The notes below the pieces were generated by a model that was given only the letters and a program-made list of their open reading frames with translations, was not told the DNA's origin and searched no databases. DNA of 50,782 nucleotides from Thermodesulfobacteriota bacterium (lineage in GTDB: Bacteria; Desulfobacterota; Desulfobacteria; Desulfobacterales; C00003060): NCBI GenBank assembly GCA_034189385.1, contig JAXHVD010000029.1, positions 1-50,782 of the forward strand. Direction: 5' to 3'. Shown piece after piece: positions 48,343 to 50,782 of the stretch (its first letter is position 1; every line of letters starts with the position of its first letter). A program made the position numbers and the translations under genes.

Positions 48343-50067
48343 ATGTTGAAAATTCTGCGATCTATATACCAAGAAGATTCCGTTTTCTCATTTCGTCCTA
48401 CCACAATGAAGTTGATAGAAACGGCTTCAGATGATCAGAGCTCAGCCAGGGATTTAGCTCAAATCATTGAAAAAGATCCATCCTTAAGCATTCGCCTCCT
48501 TAAACTTGCCAATAGCGCATGGTATGGCAGGCGCCAGCAAGTTTTCAGTATTTCTCAAGCAGTAGTCCTAATAGGCTTTGTGAGATTACGTACTATGGCC
48601 ATAAGCCTATCATTAACGGATACCTTCCCTATAGGGAAGGTCGACGGTTTGGATTACCACAGATTTTGGCAAATCTCTCTTTATCGGGCACTTATTGCCC
48701 AGGCTCTTGCCCATCTAACTAAATACCCTCAACCTGAAGAGGCTTTCATTGCTGGGTTAATCTTAGAGATCGGGCTACTTAGGTTATTGAGCATCTCTTC
48801 TAAAAAGACGAAAACATCATTTCCTGGAATGGAAGCTTCACTCGAGAACCTCTTAGACTGGGAACAAAAGACTTTGGGGATTCACCACAGAAAAGTAGCG
48901 GAAATTATGCTTGAGAGATGGAGATTCTCCGAGAATTTGCTGGAATGTCAAAGGCTTTATGGACGTCAGGCACTGGAATCTAATGCGCCAATCCTTTGCC
49001 AAATTTCAGAATTTTCTCGGATGGCAGCAGAAAGCTTCTTTGAAGAAAACGGAGATTTTTACTTCATATACAATGAAGCAAATAGATTATTCAACCTCCA
49101 AGAAGTTGAAACAAAACAAATCCTATCCGAAAGCTTCACAAGGGTTGAGGAAACCGCTGAACTGCTTGGAATACAGGTTGATTCTCAGAAGCACATCATG
49201 GAGAGGGGTACTAATCGATTTTTCTCCTCACAACTGAGCGCAGACACCACAGTTGGAAAATACGTAATAAGTGAAATTATTGGTCGGGGTGGTTGGGGCA
49301 TCGTTTACAAGGGTATTCATACAGGCCTGAATATACCAGTTGCTATTAAAATGCTGAAGTATGATTTGGCTAGGGATCCTGATTTTTTAGAGCAGTTTCA
49401 AAGTGAAGCTAAGATCATGGCGTACTTAAACCACGAAAGTATTGTGAGAGTATATGATATCGAAAAACATTACAAAACAATTTTCATTATCATGGAATAT
49501 CTCAAGGGAGTGAGTCTGAAATATATTTTGAAAAAGCAAAGATTGCCTCTATCCAAGGTATTAAATAACCTTTTGCAGGTATGTGCTGGCTTGGCTTATG
49601 CTCATGAGCGCGGTATTGTCCATCGGGATATTCACCCTGGAAATGTTTTTGTCCAACCTAATGACCGGGTAAAAATTGTTGATTTTGGATTGGCCTGCCT
49701 TCCAGGAGTTGAAGAGGGTCCTCTTGAAGGAAGCATGTTCTATATGTCGCCAGAACAAATTGAGGGTAAATTTGTGGATGAACGCAGCGATATCTATTCA
49801 CTGGGGATTACTGCTTATGAGATGATCACTGGACGGAAACCATTTCCTGGAGAAGATATTCATAAACTGATAGACTTTCATCTTTATAAAGATGTTCCGG
49901 ACCCACGCACATTCATTCCTGATTTGCCGGATGAGCTACACAATTTCATCATGCGCGCGACCCAGAAGGACACGGTCCAAAGATACCAGAACATTTCGCA
50001 AATCATCAATGATCTTAAGTCATTGGCGAAAAAAGTGGGTGTCAAACTCAACTGCGACACCTACTAA
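48343..50067 (+). CDS. HDOD-domain / Hanks-type Ser/Thr protein kinase fusion
   Basis: IEKDPSLSIRLLKLANSAWYG, AFIAGLILEIG, WRF (HDOD); GRGGWG, VAIK, HRDIHPGN, DFG, YMSPE, SDIYSLG. Confidence 0.92.
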   Translation: MLKILRSIYQEDSVFSFRPTTMKLIETASDDQSSARDLAQIIEKDPSLSIRLLKLANSAWYGRRQQVFSISQAVVLIGFVRLRTMAISLSLTDTFPIGKVDGLDYHRFWQISLYRALIAQALAHLTKYPQPEEAFIAGLILEIGLLRLLSISSKKTKTSFPGMEASLENLLDWEQKTLGIHHRKVAEIMLERWRFSENLLECQRLYGRQALESNAPILCQISEFSRMAAESFFEENGDFYFIYNEANRLFNLQEVETKQILSESFTRVEETAELLGIQVDSQKHIMERGTNRFFSSQLSADTTVGKYVISEIIGRGGWGIVYKGIHTGLNIPVAIKMLKYDLARDPDFLEQFQSEAKIMAYLNHESIVRVYDIEKHYKTIFIIMEYLKGVSLKYILKKQRLPLSKVLNNLLQVCAGLAYAHERGIVHRDIHPGNVFVQPNDRVKIVDFGLACLPGVEEGPLEGSMFYMSPEQIEGKFVDERSDIYSLGITAYEMITGRKPFPGEDIHKLIDFHLYKDVPDPRTFIPDLPDELHNFIMRATQKDTVQRYQNISQIINDLKSLAKKVGVKLNCDTY

Positions 50068-50757
50068 AAAGGCTGCCTGATAGATATCATTCGGGTTTAC
50101 CGGCAGACAAGTTAACTCAGCCGTGATCGAAGGCAGAGACGGCCTGAATATGACATCGACAAACCATGAGATTCTGATTCGCAAAGAGCGCCTTCTGAGC
50201 AAGACCCGGTCGGCATATCCGGGTATGCGGACGGGGCCGGTGCGGGAGATTGCTCCAATGCTTGACTTCAAGGGTTTTCACGAGTTCTGGAAACAAGCCT
50301 GGTGTGATCTGTCTGGGCAAAAGGGACACAATTTTCTACATTCCCTGTCTTACGTTCGACTCGCAGTGCACCCCATCGGAGCGCAGTGCCTTTGCGAGCC
50401 ACTTTGCCAACATGGCTCGTGAAGCGTGTAATTCGTGCTGTAGCTGACCATGTGCCCTTTGGGCATTGCGGCCCGATTCGTGTCCACCGGTTTAAGGTTT
50501 GTGTGTTTGGGTGTGCCCTTGCGGGGTACGCTTGCCGTCGTCGATGCGAAGAATCCGACTCGGACGATTGATTTCAGGTAGAATAGGTACTATCCCGGAC
50601 ACCGCCGGAAATTGTCTACATGTAGTGTTCCGAGCCGATGGGTCTAGGTTGACGATTACTGCTATGTATACGTAACAAATGGGTGATTGACAGTTATTGA
50701 GTCTGGAGTCATTATCTGTCTGTTTTCTCTGTTGATTTTGGGGAAAGGAGGCAGAAA

Positions 50758-50782
50758 TGAACCAGGATACTGACCCTGCAAT
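50758..50782 (+). CDS. Start of an unknown CDS running off the window end
   Basis: GGAAAGGAGG RBS followed by ATG AAC CAG GAT. Confidence 0.5.

Overview
Accessory region of an anaerobic bacterium; a Desulfobacterota/deltaproteobacterium-like origin is inferred from the Geobacter-type GEMM-I riboswitches and class III RNR. (1) Two outward-facing arrays of large secreted multidomain proteins lie at 1-9.6 kb (minus strand) and 34.3-46.5 kb (plus strand). Their genes are largely unrelated but share a non-coding framework: GTAGTTT boxes, a TTGAC(T) promoter, a cyclic-dinucleotide (GEMM-I) riboswitch and/or a conserved 12-codon leader ORF, a GGCAGGGTCA-type terminator and a homologous spacer block. 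(2) A central plasmid-like integrated element (~9.7-29 kb) carries a Zn-ribbon/ScpA-C-like gene, HU and an H1-like protein, an R-M pair plus GmrSD, a dense hairpin field, a replication-relaxation protein, ParAB and NrdDG, and ends at the 3' half of tRNA-Arg(ACG). (3) An integrase remnant, four type II TA pairs around the att site and a rhombosortase/rhombotarget pair follow. (4) An HDOD-Ser/Thr kinase lies near the right end. The most novel signal is a family of four 39-nt leader ORFs (consensus ME.PL..CLPGS*) with synonymous-codon and start/stop-codon variation, upstream of the secreted-protein genes and paired with c-di-GMP or putative cGAMP riboswitches in two of the four cases.
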